Assembly (NCBI RefSeq): GCF_001194135.2
Contig: NC_069003.1
Location: forward strand, 33,008,697-33,072,696
DNA length: 64,000 bases
Origin: Octopus bimaculoides
Taxonomy: Eukaryota
Direction of reading: 5' to 3'
In this document: piece by piece, positions 25,282 through 38,326 of the stretch
Layout of the letters: each line of letters starts with the position of its first letter
Position numbering within the stretch: the first letter of the stretch is position 1
The notes under the pieces: generated by a model
Seen by the model: the letters and a program-made list of their open reading frames with translations, nothing else
Database searches by the model: none
What the model was told of the DNA's origin: nothing
Translations under genes and position numbers: made by a program

Positions 25282-25990
25282 TCTTTCAAAGTCATCTTGG
25301 TGCATAAGTTGACCTACCTTTTATTATTTTTTTTTGGCTGTACATTTTGGTCTAAAAAATTCAATTTGTATGCCAGGACATGAGGTGTATACATAAGACA
25401 GAAAGGTATGATTTGGAAGAGATTTAGCTGTTATTTCTAACAGGTCCAGCAACTATGTAGAGATTTCCTTCATTGTCTCATACATTATTTTCCAGCATAT
25501 AAGGCAATGTATTATATAGTATAAATGTGTAGTATAAACAAACACTGTCACTATCTTTCTGAATCTTGCTGTGGCATTTCACAAGGAATTTTTGATCTTC
25601 CAAAGTCATTTTGGTGCATAAATTGACCTACCATTTTTTTGGCTGTAAATTTTGGTCAAAAAAATTCAACTTGTATGCCAGTAAATAAGATATATATACA
25701 TATATAAGACAGAAGGGTACAACTTGAAAGAAATTTAGTTGCTATTTCTAACAAGTCTATCAACCAAATGGAGGTTTCTTTCATTAGGTCATGCATACAT
25801 ATCGTATTTTCCAGCATACAAGTCAATGTAGTTATATAATGTAAATATTATCGCTATCTTTCCAAATCCTGTTGCGTTTTGCTTGGAACTTTCAGTTCTC
25901 TAAATTCGTCTTAGTGTATAAGTTGACCAAATATTTTTGGTTGTAAATTTTGGTCTGAAAAATTTGACTTGCATGCCAGAAAATATGGCG
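25282..25990 (+). repeat. Degenerate tandem triplication, period about 310 bp (units start about 25282, 25596, 25896)
   Basis: Three copies of GGTGCATAAGTTGACC...GGCTGTAAATTTTGGTC.AAAAATT..ACTTG.ATGCCAG. Confidence 0.75.
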
Positions 25991-26271
25991 TTTTTCTGAT
26001 CTTTCATCAGCCCATTTTGTTGTTAACTTGGAAGACATTAAAGATGTCAGCCACACCAAAGAGAACCAAGTAATATCCCTAGGAAATATGTCTAATGCAA
26101 TGCTCTAAGAAACAACATGACAATCCAATTATGTTTTTACTCCTTTCCTCATTTTCTTTTGCAAAGAGAATTTCAGATTACATCAAACCTTCTCAGTGTT
26201 GTAAATTATTCCAGTAAAAACAACGAAAACAGTTTTAATAAATTTTATATACAAATTCATATAACTATTAT

Positions 26272-29011
26272 TTAAACACGTTTTATAAGTTTTTTCTTTC
26301 CGGTTCGACGATATTCTGTGCGATCTTTCAGATATTCCTGTGTGCACCTTTCAACAAATTCTTCCTTCTTGTACCTAAAAGAGATTTATATATTTTTCAC
26401 TATTACTAACAGAAAAGAAAACAAAAGACAAAGATTCATTCAATAAAACAAAAACTGAAATTAGAGTTCCAAACCGTCCAAACCATGGAAAGCAGACTTA
26501 AAATGATGATGATGATGATAACAACTTAAGTCAGATATTTTCTGTAAATTAAGTTAATATTTTCTGTTTTGAATTCAGTTCTTACTATTTAAAAAAAGAA
26601 GCCCAGCTTCAGTTTGTTGACGAAGGATCTCTACAATTCTTGCATAAAAGAAATATAAAAAAATAAGTATATATATATATATTAGTTATTGGTATCACTT
26701 ACATATTTGATAGGCATGTATGAAGGAGATTGGCTTTGTCTCTACACTGAAACGTCAGAAGCAAACCAGCTTGTTTTGCGCATTCACCAAAACCTGAAAC
26801 ATAAATGCAATTAGGTTTAAACATGTATGAATATGTCTGTGTGAGTTTGTGTGCAGAATGGTGATATCAAAGACAGTTCTCTTCCATATAATCATTATAC
26901 TTGCTACAGTAAAAAGAATGGGCAGAGTTGAAGACTGATGGCCAATGAATTGGGGAAAATAGAAAGATGCAGAAGAAAGTGGGGAACTGCAGGATAATAA
27001 CGATTTATTTAAAACAATATCATGTTGCAGTGACCACAATATATCACTCTGCTCAAATGGCCGCAATATTTCAACTGGCACTCCATTGATTATGATGACG
27101 AGGATTCCAGTTCATCTGATCACCAGAACAGCCTGCACATGAAATTAACATGCAAGTGGCTGAGCACTCCACAGATACACGTACCCTTAACATCTTCTAA
27201 GGGAGATTCAGCATGACATAGAATGCGACATGGCTAGCCCTTTGAAATACAGGTACAACTCATTTTTGCCAGCCGAGTGAACTGGAGCAACGTGAAATGA
27301 AGTGTCTTGCTCAAGGACAAAATGTACTGCCAGAAATTGAGCTCACGACCTTACGACTGTGAGCTAAATATTGTAACCACAAAGCCACATGCCTTCAGGC
27401 TGTAATATGTTATTAAAATGGTCGCATTACGCTGCTGTAGTTGCCATACCAAACTAATCCACCACAGTAGCTAAACTACCATACTGTCATGGTCACAGCA
27501 TACTGCTACTGACAAAACTTTATAAACCAGTTTTAAAACATACTCTGAACTTCAGTGCTACAATGTTCCCTCTTCGCAATTTCTTTCATTTTCTGAGGTA
27601 TCAGGATTTCTTTCTCAACCTTTCGTAATGTTAAGTCATCTGGATCACCTGAAAATAGAAAAAAATTTTTTTTTTAATACAAGTATAAAATAAGAAAGAA
27701 AAAAGCAATGAATATAAACACTAATACCAATAGAAGCAGTATTAACACCAAAATGCAATCTTTATATCCAACTTAATGTGGATATTGTTTGAGAACACTG
27801 AATAGTGCAATATCTAACATGACAAGTCCCTTCATATGGACTTCTGGTGCTTAAAAGCACTCAGCGCCTGTAGCAGATGATTTTCACCTACTAATAATAT
27901 AAATACAAGCGTTTTTATGCACCATGCATCCATATGGGAAGTTCTCTGAAGGTAAATAGTGAAGTATCCGGTGTTGTAACACAAATTCCACCTTAAGTAG
28001 GACATAAAGATTATAAACACTAACTTGAGACAGAAAAACAGCCTGGTGTCCTTCCTGTCACCAACCCCCGTCTGTTTCCAAGTAAGATAGTATTTCCCCA
28101 TGACCAGGTATATTTCCAGAGAAGACTAGAAACAAAGGACACACACATATATAGTAGGTGTTAGGAAGAGCATTGCCAAACCAGACAAGTGAAGCCTGGC
28201 GCAGTCTTGTGGGTTGCCAGCTCCGGACAAACAGACCAACCCTTGTCAGCATGGAAAACAGACGTTTTCCAATGTTTCAAATAAAATACAATTTTTTAAG
28301 TGACGAAAGCTGCCGGGCTTTTGGAGAATGTTTTTTGATATCCGAATCTAGGACATGTTCTGGTAAATACGGACGTATGGAAACCCAACTCAAAACTTCC
28401 AACCATCTTACAGTTCCCAAAATAACCGTGATCATGGTTATGTCACTCATACTACCTTTTATGTTTAACTCTATTCAGTTAGGCTTGTAGACTAAGACAA
28501 TAACACTCTTGACCATTACGTCTTGGATTTATAAGGGTTCACTTTTCAATAATGTAGGTGCATAAAAGTTTCCGTATATTTTTAAAGATTTCCACCAGCA
28601 AATGGCAACGGGAGGCTCAACGTGGTCGTTCGGCCTGCTAGAAATAGCAATTGAATCTCCCCCAATTAAGAAAATGTTGCCATAGACATGCGGAAATATG
28701 GATTAGTCACTGCTAGAATACTTATTGTTCATAATTCAGCTTGGTCAGAGCTAACATAATGCTAATGAATGACAACAACAATCAAACAATTATAAATATA
28801 ATCAGTGTCTTGTTTGACATTGACAAGATGTAGGAAGACGACATAAATGCTTAACAGCACTATGACAAAACTCAACAATGTTAACTTCCATGTAAATCTA
28901 TGTGATAATTGGGTATTTTCAGCGCTGAAATAATTTACCTAAGCCGAAAGGTCCTCTTGAATAATTATCTTTTAATACTCCGAAATGTTCCTCTTGGTAC
29001 GCATTAGCCAT
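26272..29011 (-). CDS. CMC1: COX assembly mitochondrial protein 1 (twin CX9C), complement join(28939..29011,27544..27648,26703..26793,26272..26374)
   Basis: GT-AG introns, continuous frame: MANAYQEEHFGVLKDNYSRGPFGLGDPDDLTLRKVEKEILIPQKMKEIAKREHCSTEVQSFGECAKQAGLLLTFQCRDKANLLHTCLSNMYKKEEFVERCTQEYLKDRTEYRRTGKKKLIKRV*. Two CX9C motifs; the LRxVEKxxLIP and CxxEYLKxRxExRxTG blocks match CMC1. Confidence 0.92.
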
Positions 29012-32000
29012 ATTGCTTTTTGTTTTGATTCAGGTAGGCCGCTTAAGTTACTAAAAATATATTGAAGGTCTACGCAGTTCAACAGGGGAACTTACTCGTC
29101 TTCTTAGAATAATAAAAAAAATTTAGGGAAGATTTGATGCACAGATTACTTTTTCGGAGAAAAAGATTATCTAATCAGATAGTAATGAGGAAATTTAATG
29201 GCGTATTATAATTTTATGAAAAGATTTGTTTCAAGAAATCAACAACGAATCAGAAGATATAATTTATGTAACAGTTGAATATGTCTTGAGTTGTCTCCCG
29301 TACTTTACTCAACCTTCTACCAATGACTTTTCTTCTCTAAACCGCTCACCGTATATGCAGGTGTATAAGATGCACCCCTATTTTACAAGTATACTACCAT
29401 GTTTCATCATACACCATTTGAAAGATTGGTAACAAAAAAAATAAAGAATATAGTAAAATAACTTTTATTTTTGCTTGAGTTAGGAACACATAAATAAACG
29501 TGAAATTTTGATGGAAGATTTTAATTTAGATCACTTAAAAACAGGAAGTTTGTGTTATAGAACTAAAGGCAGTTTCGGGTGGGTTAGTATCAAGAGAGGT
29601 TGTGGTTTTGCCAGGGAAAATGTATGATTCTACCTCACGTAAATACAATCTTATGACAGTTTACTGGAATAAAGTAGGAAATCATAAATCTATCAAAGCT
29701 AGCTGAAATATCTGGCGTTGCCCCATTTGAAGATTCACTAGATTTATGATAACATTAGAAACTAGTTTATGTAACTTTTAAAGAATCTTTTGAGAAAAAA
29801 AAAACACACACACAACCATATAAACTACTTAGATAATATTTTTCTAAATATTTTTTAAGACTTTTTTTTTTTTCAGTTATTCATATCTTAAAAGAATGTG
29901 CTTGGAAAATGACAAGTGCATTATTTTAAATCACAAAGTCTTCGACCACTACCATCTACACCAAATTCTGTTTTTACCCATTAGACTTTATTTCGAACCC
30001 CAAAATATGACAACACTACTGCATCAACTCTCTACAACGAACTCTTCTCACAAGACATCTATGATGGCTTGGCCATACTCTTTGTCAGCTTTCGGAGGGA
30101 ATTCATTCACAAGGCAGTCAACCTGGCTCTCCTATCAGGCTGAAATAAACGAGCTGGAGAACAACTGAAGGTGTAGCTGATAAGGGAAGACGTAGAAGCA
30201 CAACTGGGACCCCACATCTGTGGTCTTTAGCTGTTGAACCAGAAATAGGTATCCATTACAGCCTCAACTTTGGCCAATCATTGAAAGTGGTCAGCATCCA
30301 TGAGAGATGTGATGAACTCATTGCTTAGAGTTAGAACGTAGCGGCAGACGAAATACCGCTAAGCATTTCGCCCGGTGTGCTAAAGTTTCTGCCAGCTCGC
30401 CACCTGACAGAAAGCCCATCATGTGTGTCTCATCTTTTTTGTGCTTGTGTTTGTCCCTAAGCACCACTTGACAGCTGGTGTTGGTTTGTTTATGTCTCCA
30501 TAACTTAGAGGTTCAGTAAAAGCGACCAGCAGAATAAGTACCAGACTTGAAGAAAACAATAAGTACTGGTGTTGATTTGTTCAAATACACCCTCCAAGTC
30601 TGGTCAGAGTCCAATAATTGAAACAAGTAAATACAATATGAAAAACAAATATTTTTAATTAAAAAATACATACTAAAAACAGAGATGTAAAATGAACAGC
30701 TTTATTTAACATTTTGAATATCGTTCAGAATGTTCTGGAAATTTCATTTACTAATCAACTGAGATAAAAAATAATGAAAGAAAGCGAGAAAAAAAAAAAA
30801 TTAATGTTTCTTGTGATATGTTATAAAAAAAGTTTTAATTCATTAAAACATGTTCACTTTAATCTGACTATTACAGACAAAAAAGTAAAATTTTTAAAAA
30901 AATCGGAAAACACTTCCTATAATCTTGAAAATCAAAAGAAATTAATATTGGTAATAAAATAAAATTTGTGTATGTGTGTCTATACATGTGTGTGTGGGTA
31001 GCATAATGCTATACTGTTTATGTATGATGTTACATCTTTGTATATATATATACACAGCATAATGCCATACTGTGTTAATGTATGATGTTACATTTTTGTG
31101 TATGTATGTATGTGTGTGTGTATATATATATATATCATGGCACTCAGTCAGTTACGACGACAAGGGTTCCAGTTGATCCGATCAACAGAACAGCTTGCTC
31201 ATGAAATTAACGTGCAAGTTGCTGAGCACTCCACAGACACATGTACCCTTAACATAGTTCTCAGGGAGATTCAGCCTGACACAGAGTGTGACAAGGTTGA
31301 CCCTTTGAAATACAGGTACAACAGAAACAGGAAGAAAGAGTGAGAGAAAGTTATGGTGAAAGAGTACAGCAGAGTTCGCCATCACCCCCTGCCAGAGCCT
31401 TGTGGAGCTTTAGGTGTTTTCACTCAATAAACACTCACAATTTTTGGCCTGGGAACCAAAACCACGATCCTATGACCGTGAGTCTGCTGCCCTAACCACT
31501 GGGCCATTGCACCTCCACTATATATATATATTCTCTTCTACTCTAGGCACAAGGCCCAAAATTTTTGGGGAGGGGGCCAGTTGATTAGATCGACCCTAGT
31601 ACACATCTAGTACTTAATTTATCGACCCTAGTACGCATCTAGTACTTAATTTATCAACCCTGAAAGGATGAAAGGCAAAGTCAACCTCAGTGGAATTTGA
31701 ACTCAGAACGTTGCGACAGATAAAATACCACTAAGCATTTCGCCTAGCGTAGTAACAATTTTGCCAGCTCACCTTATACTTATATATATATATAAATATA
31801 TATATATACATACATAAAAGGAGTGGCTGTGTGGTAAGTAGCTTGATTACCAACCACATGGTTCCGGGTTCAGTCTCACTGCATGGTGCTTTGGGCAAGT
31901 GTCTTCTACTATAGCTTCAGGCCAACCAAAGCCTTGTGAGTGGATTTGGTAGACGGAAACTGAAAGAAGCCCGTTGTACATATGTAGCTTACAAAGTCCT

Positions 32001-33564
32001 GGGTTCGATTTGCTCGACTGAAGGCGGTCAAATGACTGAAACAAGTAAAAGAGTATATGCATGTGAAAAACGGGATCCAGTAGACTCTACAGAAGAAACC
32101 TTTATGGCTTAATGGAGAGGAAAGCAGCTGCAACAAGACACTGTGGAGAGCAGAGCAGAGCAAAACATCTTGGTCATCCACTGCATCAGTCTCCAGCCCC
32201 AGTCATCTTGACGTTGTCTTGCCACCAGCTTGACAATGGACAAAGATGAGAGTGTGAGGCTGACAGTGCAGAACGCTTCTTCACTCAAAATAAAAGTCGC
32301 CATGCAAGTCATCAGTCACCCGGAACGACTAGACGGGCCTTGCATTTCTGATGGATGAACATGCACATATGCACACAGAGTTTAGACGGATGCAGCAGCT
32401 TGTTACTTTAGAGTTGCTTCTGTTGCATAATTCAAATATATATATATATATATAAGCACACCCATACATACACAAGCGAAAGGGAAGCAGGGTTCTTTGG
32501 CAACAACAGGAATGCCTGACTTAAATGGCCAGCTTATAACATAATCAATGAAGACTATGCTTGAATTACCGCCAACCAATGGAAATTACTGTTGAAAAAA
32601 AAAGTTTCCATTAGCCTCCAAGAGTTCTTTAAAGGTAGAATTTAGCTTTTCTTTCATGTTGCTGTTGCTGTTTAGCTCTAAGTTGGCCCTGGTTCAGGTT
32701 GATCTTGGATCAAAGGCATTCAAGCCATGACAATCTTGTCATTTTCACCAGTGGTACACAAAGGACAACTGTTTTCCAAGGCAGTAGGGTCTGATCTGAG
32801 GAGTAAGGGAAAACTTTAAATACTGTTGTAAAACAGGGTGAGCAACTAAGTAGAGGATCTCCTGTCGTTGTAAAAGAATAAGAGAATAAATTGCTTACTG
32901 GATAGGAAGCTAGCCCTTTGATGGCAGAGCTTCAGCCAGGCACAATATCTATTTCTAAACAGCTATGTGAACTGGAGGCAAAAGTAGTTCAAAATTCAAT
33001 GCAATGTCTTAATACAAAAGAAAATTGTGTTTGCAATGGATTGAAGCTGAATATTCAGCAGTTCAGTCTATTTCATTTTGATATCACAAAAAAAACAAAA
33101 AAAAAACTTGGATCATTCAGTAGACTTTTTCGATACATAACAAAGTAGTGCTTAAAAAGTATTCAAACATATAAACTAATCAGTTCACTGGAAGGATCAA
33201 AAGAAAACCCCAAAAGGTATTTTAAGAGCTACTTGATTCATGTTTATTCATTTTGTTTTGCCCCATTTTATAAGAAGTGGAAAGACCTGTTGCAATTTTG
33301 GTAGCCATAGCCAAGTGTTTTCACATTTATAGGAAATTTCCTTCAATAATCATTCAAGGATTGAAGTAAGATTCGTAACCAAATCTCAATAAAAATGTGC
33401 CTTGCACAGAGAGAATGGGTGGCAAGGTTTCAAAAAAATTTTTTTTTTAAAGCTCATGATTATGTGGACAAGTTGCCAGCTGGAACCCTAACTTCAGTAA
33501 GGGTACCGAACACATTTCACAATTTAACAAATAGACTGAAATGTATGAAAAACAAAAACACAAA

Positions 33565-33595
<31 letters not shown>

Positions 33596-34081
33596 AAAGA
33601 ACTGGAATTATTTTAAAGTTAAAAGATCATTATTCCAAAATTTAAAGAATAATTTCAGGCTTAATTTTTAAGTGTGAAAAAAAAAAAAAAAGACACAAAC
33701 ATACAAATTTCCCCTTTTTAACAATGTTTCTGGCATATCTCAATCAACTGCCAAATTTGTCAGAGAATTGCATGAAGAATTTCATTAAAAAAAAAATGTT
33801 TTTAATTAAAAAAAGGGGTACAAGACACTTCAGGTATGGGTTTCATTTCTCAAATGCTCACCAGCAGCTCATGCAACAGATTCAACACTAATAATGAGTT
33901 CCTCAAATAAAAGGGCCTTATTCTTATAGCCACACACATAGATTTTTAAGTTGATACCCTCAACATAATGAAAGCCGTTCAGTTATAGAGGTCAGGCGAT
34001 TGCAGCTTGGTAATAAGAGAGTAGTTTTATCAGTTAACATACTGACATAATTACTCTTAATGAATTTCATATTACGTATTT

Positions 34082-34831
34082 TTAAACACTTGATGGAGAA
34101 TTGGGTGTGTTGAGATTCACTGAGCTGTTTATTTGCTTTTGTATGGTTTTGTTATTGATAGCAATAGATGAATGGGTGCTCTGAAGATGTTGGTTCAAAA
34201 AACATTCAATCTCAAATGCCTTATCACAAAACATGCACTGGAACATTTGCGGTTTGCTTGTGGTCTTGTGTCGCTCAAAGTTAGTTTTGTCCGTGAAATA
34301 CTTGCCACATAAGTTGCACTTGCAATAAGAAGCACTGGGGTCGTTGCAGTTGCTTGTACTTTTAGATCTACTGCCACCTTGCGCATTATTAGTGTGAATC
34401 AGTTTGTGTTGGTCGAGATTTAGTTTCAGAGAAAACGTTCGCCCGCAATATTCACACGAATATAACTTCCCGCCCAGGTGTGTCCGTCTGTGTTTGTCGA
34501 GGTGATCTTTCCGGTAAAATTTTTTGTCACAGAAATTACACTCGTGAGGTTTGGCTCCCGAATGAGTAATTTTATGGCGGTCTAAATGATCCTTTCGGCA
34601 GTAGCCCTTGCCACAGAAGTCACACTTATGGGGTTTTTCTTCTGAGTGAGTGAGTTTGTGTCGATCCAACCTGTCTTTCCTGCAATAGCCCTTTCCACAG
34701 AAGCCACAAATGTGGGGAAAGTCGGAAGAAATGTTAATCTTTGGAGGAATCTCAGAGGCCATATGGCTCTTATTTTCAAAACTTTTGTCAGGATAATCGA
34801 AGACTAGCGGGTTACTCAGCAGTTGTGACAT
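34082..34831 (-). CDS. C2H2 zinc-finger protein, 249 aa, single coding exon (5 complete fingers plus 1 lacking the second His)
   Basis: Repeated CxxC-x12-HxxxH units with SEEKPH/SGAKPH/GGKLY linkers. A polypyrimidine tract plus AG acceptor lies 10 nt upstream of the ATG (exon edge about 34841), implying an upstream non-coding exon. Confidence 0.92.
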   Translation of the reverse strand: MSQLLSNPLVFDYPDKSFENKSHMASEIPPKINISSDFPHICGFCGKGYCRKDRLDRHKLTHSEEKPHKCDFCGKGYCRKDHLDRHKITHSGAKPHECNFCDKKFYRKDHLDKHRRTHLGGKLYSCEYCGRTFSLKLNLDQHKLIHTNNAQGGSRSKSTSNCNDPSASYCKCNLCGKYFTDKTNFERHKTTSKPQMFQCMFCDKAFEIECFLNQHLQSTHSSIAINNKTIQKQINSSVNLNTPNSPSSV

Positions 34832-37413
34832 TGTGATTATACTATAAACAGTGGAGACGAAATATTAAGTAGATTCTTTGGAAAGGAATAACGATAGATT
34901 CCTGAATATTTGATAAAATGGTTGGTTGAATGACACACTTTGGAGGTGGTTGTTTAGTATTTTCTTTGTGTTTTGTACAAAAAGAATAAAAATCAAATGA
35001 AATGTTTTCAAGTTCTAAAAAAAAGTCAAAAATTCAGAAGTACAAATGTTGTCTCTTGTTACTTCTAATCACAATATTTGGAAGACACTGAAAAAGAAAA
35101 GAAAAGAAAACAAAGGTGTAAATGTCAAATCAATCACATAATTTCATTTATTATTTACAGGTGGTTTCAAATTATGGCACAAGGCCAGCAATTTGAGGGG
35201 GAGGGGTAAGTCAGTTACACCGACCCCAGTGCTCAGCTGGTACTTATTCTATTGACCCCCAAAAGGATGAAAGGCAAAGTCAACCACAGCAGAATTTGAA
35301 CTCAGAACACAAAGACAGATAAAATGCCACTAAGCGTTTTGCCCAGTGTGCTAACGATTGTGCCGGCTTGCTGCTTTTGCAAGTAAATATGTTATCAACA
35401 AACACAGATGCTGTCAGTCAGGCAAAATACATGAAAAAAGTAACTGTCCTGGTGCCATGTAAAAGACACCTGTGTTGATGCTACATGAAAAAAAAGCACC
35501 CATGCTATGTAATAGCATTAGAGCTGGTTTCATGTAAAAAAAAAAGCACCAGTAAAGTGGTTGGTATTAGGAAGGGTATCCAACCATAGAAACCATGCCA
35601 AAACAGACAATTGACACCTGGTGCAGTTCCTTAGTTTGCCAGCTTCTGTCAAACCGTCCAACCCATGCTAACATGGAAAACGGACGGATGATGATGATGA
35701 TGTGTGTGTGTGTGAAAACTTTACTATTGCTTGACAAGCGGTTTTGTTTTGTTTACATCCCTGTAACTTAGCGGTTCGGCAAAAGTGATTAATGAATAAG
35801 TACCAGACTTCAAAAATACGATTTGCTTGACTAAACGCCTCAAGGCAATGCCCCAGCAAGGCCACAGTCCAATGAGTGAAACAAGTAAAATATAGTCGAA
35901 TGAAACATTATATCTAGGGATGCTATTCACGAACAAAAATCAAAATATAATTCTTGGGCATTTTTTCGGTAAAATATCGATATTATAATCAATATTAATA
36001 TAGATAAAAAAAAAATTTCACGATTAAAAAATTATCATAGAGAAAGGTTATATTGAAGAATTCATATTTTAAATCAAAATGAAATTTAGAAGAAAAGAGC
36101 TAATTATAATTAACGATTATCTGTGGAGATTTTTTAAAAAATAAATTTAATCACAAGATTTAAATTTTTGAAAAAAATTACTTGAGACAATGGAAGATCA
36201 TTCATTCTAAATTGTTAAAATTAATTTAATAAAGATAGGCTTGATTTAAAAAAAAACAATAATTAGCATCGTTTCGACCAAATTTCTTCAGAACAATGAA
36301 GCGTTGGCTTCTAGAGGTCAAGCCATGTCACATAAACTATAAAGTGAACGACGGAGACTCCAACAGCTAGAAATGCCAGCTAAATCCCTCCTGAATTATA
36401 TATTACTGTCTTGAATAAGCCTGAGAATAATATAGTCTCAGATATCCACAAATCAAATAGGCGGGATAGCCATGGCTGTGATGTCTTCGATCGAAGCTCT
36501 GCTGGATCTGTCAGGGGATCAATCGATGATATCAAATTTGCTGCATATATGTGTTTATTTGAATATACACACGAGATAGTGTTCAATGTATATCAGGGGT
36601 TTTATTAATTCACCAGAATATGCCGAATCTCTTTGTCACTTCAAAGATCCCGCGTAGAGACAAAACTCTGAGTAACGACAGAATTCAATTACAAAACTTG
36701 GCGATCTTTTGAAATATACATACATACATAAATCAGCAATTTCTCCGCTTTTTCTCGAGAAAATTTCCTCACATTTTATAATAAATTCCACATTTCAGCA
36801 TTTCAAAACATCACTGGGAAGTGGCAAGAGAAGGGGGACACACGTTTTGAAAAGCTATCCCAAAAGTCCGCCTGTGTGTATGTATATATACACACAATTA
36901 CGATGCATGTATATGTATATTTGCACGTTTGTTTGTGTGTGTATATATACTATATATTTATATATATATTTTATACTGTGTAACTTAATTTAATTTAAAT
37001 TTTTAATAAATTGATTTTATCCCTAATATTATTATATATATATGTATATATATCCATATATACATATAAATATGTATATATGGATGGTATGATGTATGTG
37101 TATACAAATCAAATTAAAAGAAGAAAAATTGGTCAGTAATTAAGTATGTTGTAACGCAAATATTTTTTTAAAAAAACCAAATACATTTATTTTTTCGAGT
37201 TAACTTCGATAATTCAGGTTGTGAAAGCAAGAAAGTCAAAAGACTTCTTCAATCAAGACAAAATGTGATGACAAGCAGTTTGAATTTGGAATATGACTAA
37301 TTTTAAAAGTTGTTTTTTAATCCTTTTAGGTTTTCTTTTTCTTTTTTAAATGAGATATTTCCATGTCATTATTATTTCATAATAAATCGATGAATATATA
37401 TTATATTATTTGC

Positions 37414-37446
<33 letters not shown>

Positions 37447-37462
37447 TTATACTTAAGTATAC

Positions 37463-37497
<35 letters not shown>

Positions 37498-37512
37498 TAT
37501 ACTGAAGTATTC

Positions 37513-37548
<36 letters not shown>

Positions 37549-38291
37549 GGCGATATGAAGTAAAATTGTGTAGCAACACCAAATGGCGGTGCCCCAGCAT
37601 GGCCACAGCTCATGAGCTGAAANNNNNNNNNNTATATATATATATATATATATATATATTTAGGCGATATGAAGTAAAATTGTGTAGCAACACCAAATGG
37701 CGGTGCCCCAGCATGGCCACAGCTCATGAGCTGAAACTAGATAAAATAAAATGAAATGAACATTTCGAAATATAGTAAAAAAAAAAAAAAAAAAAAAAAA
37801 AATAATAATAATAACAGTAATGCCACAAGAACATCTATTAAGAACAATAAAACTACAAATCGTTAGGATTTTAGGAGGGGAAACGGGCGAAGGGATGGAA
37901 CGGGAAATAAAGCAGGGAAGCCAGGTGCTTTGTTTGTAGGGTAAATGCAGAGGGGGAAAACAATACCCTAGGGATTTTAACTGATTTCAGTTAATTACAT
38001 AATGAATGTTAATATAGATTGTTTGGTTTAAAAGAAAGAGCAGTGTTTGTATAACAAACAGGAATGACATCATCGAGTAGTAACGAAAAATAGAAAAGAG
38101 AGAGGGAGAAATATAGGACATGAAGAAGAGATTTTGGTACTAACCATCTTGAGTTTCCATAAACACTGACTACTTCACGACTTCCGATTTCCGGTAAATG
38201 TCGTAATATATTATTTATTTATTTAGAAATTAGCCGTTATTTAAAATTATAATATAACACATATGATGTATAACAAATTTATATATGCATA

Positions 38292-38326
<35 letters not shown>

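Noticed and set aside
25950-26010. CTGATGA...GAAA hammerhead-like words on the minus strand (also isolated CTGATGA at about 17960, 22000, 56905)
   Set aside because: No stem I/II pairing or NUH triplet in the right geometry.
29051-29095. Putative 45-nt 5'UTR intron of CMC1
   Set aside because: GT/AG ends are present but the intron is implausibly short; unsupported without transcripts.
37497-37740. Exact duplication of about 100 bp on either side of a short N-gap
   Set aside because: Typical unmerged contig overlap rather than a real tandem repeat.
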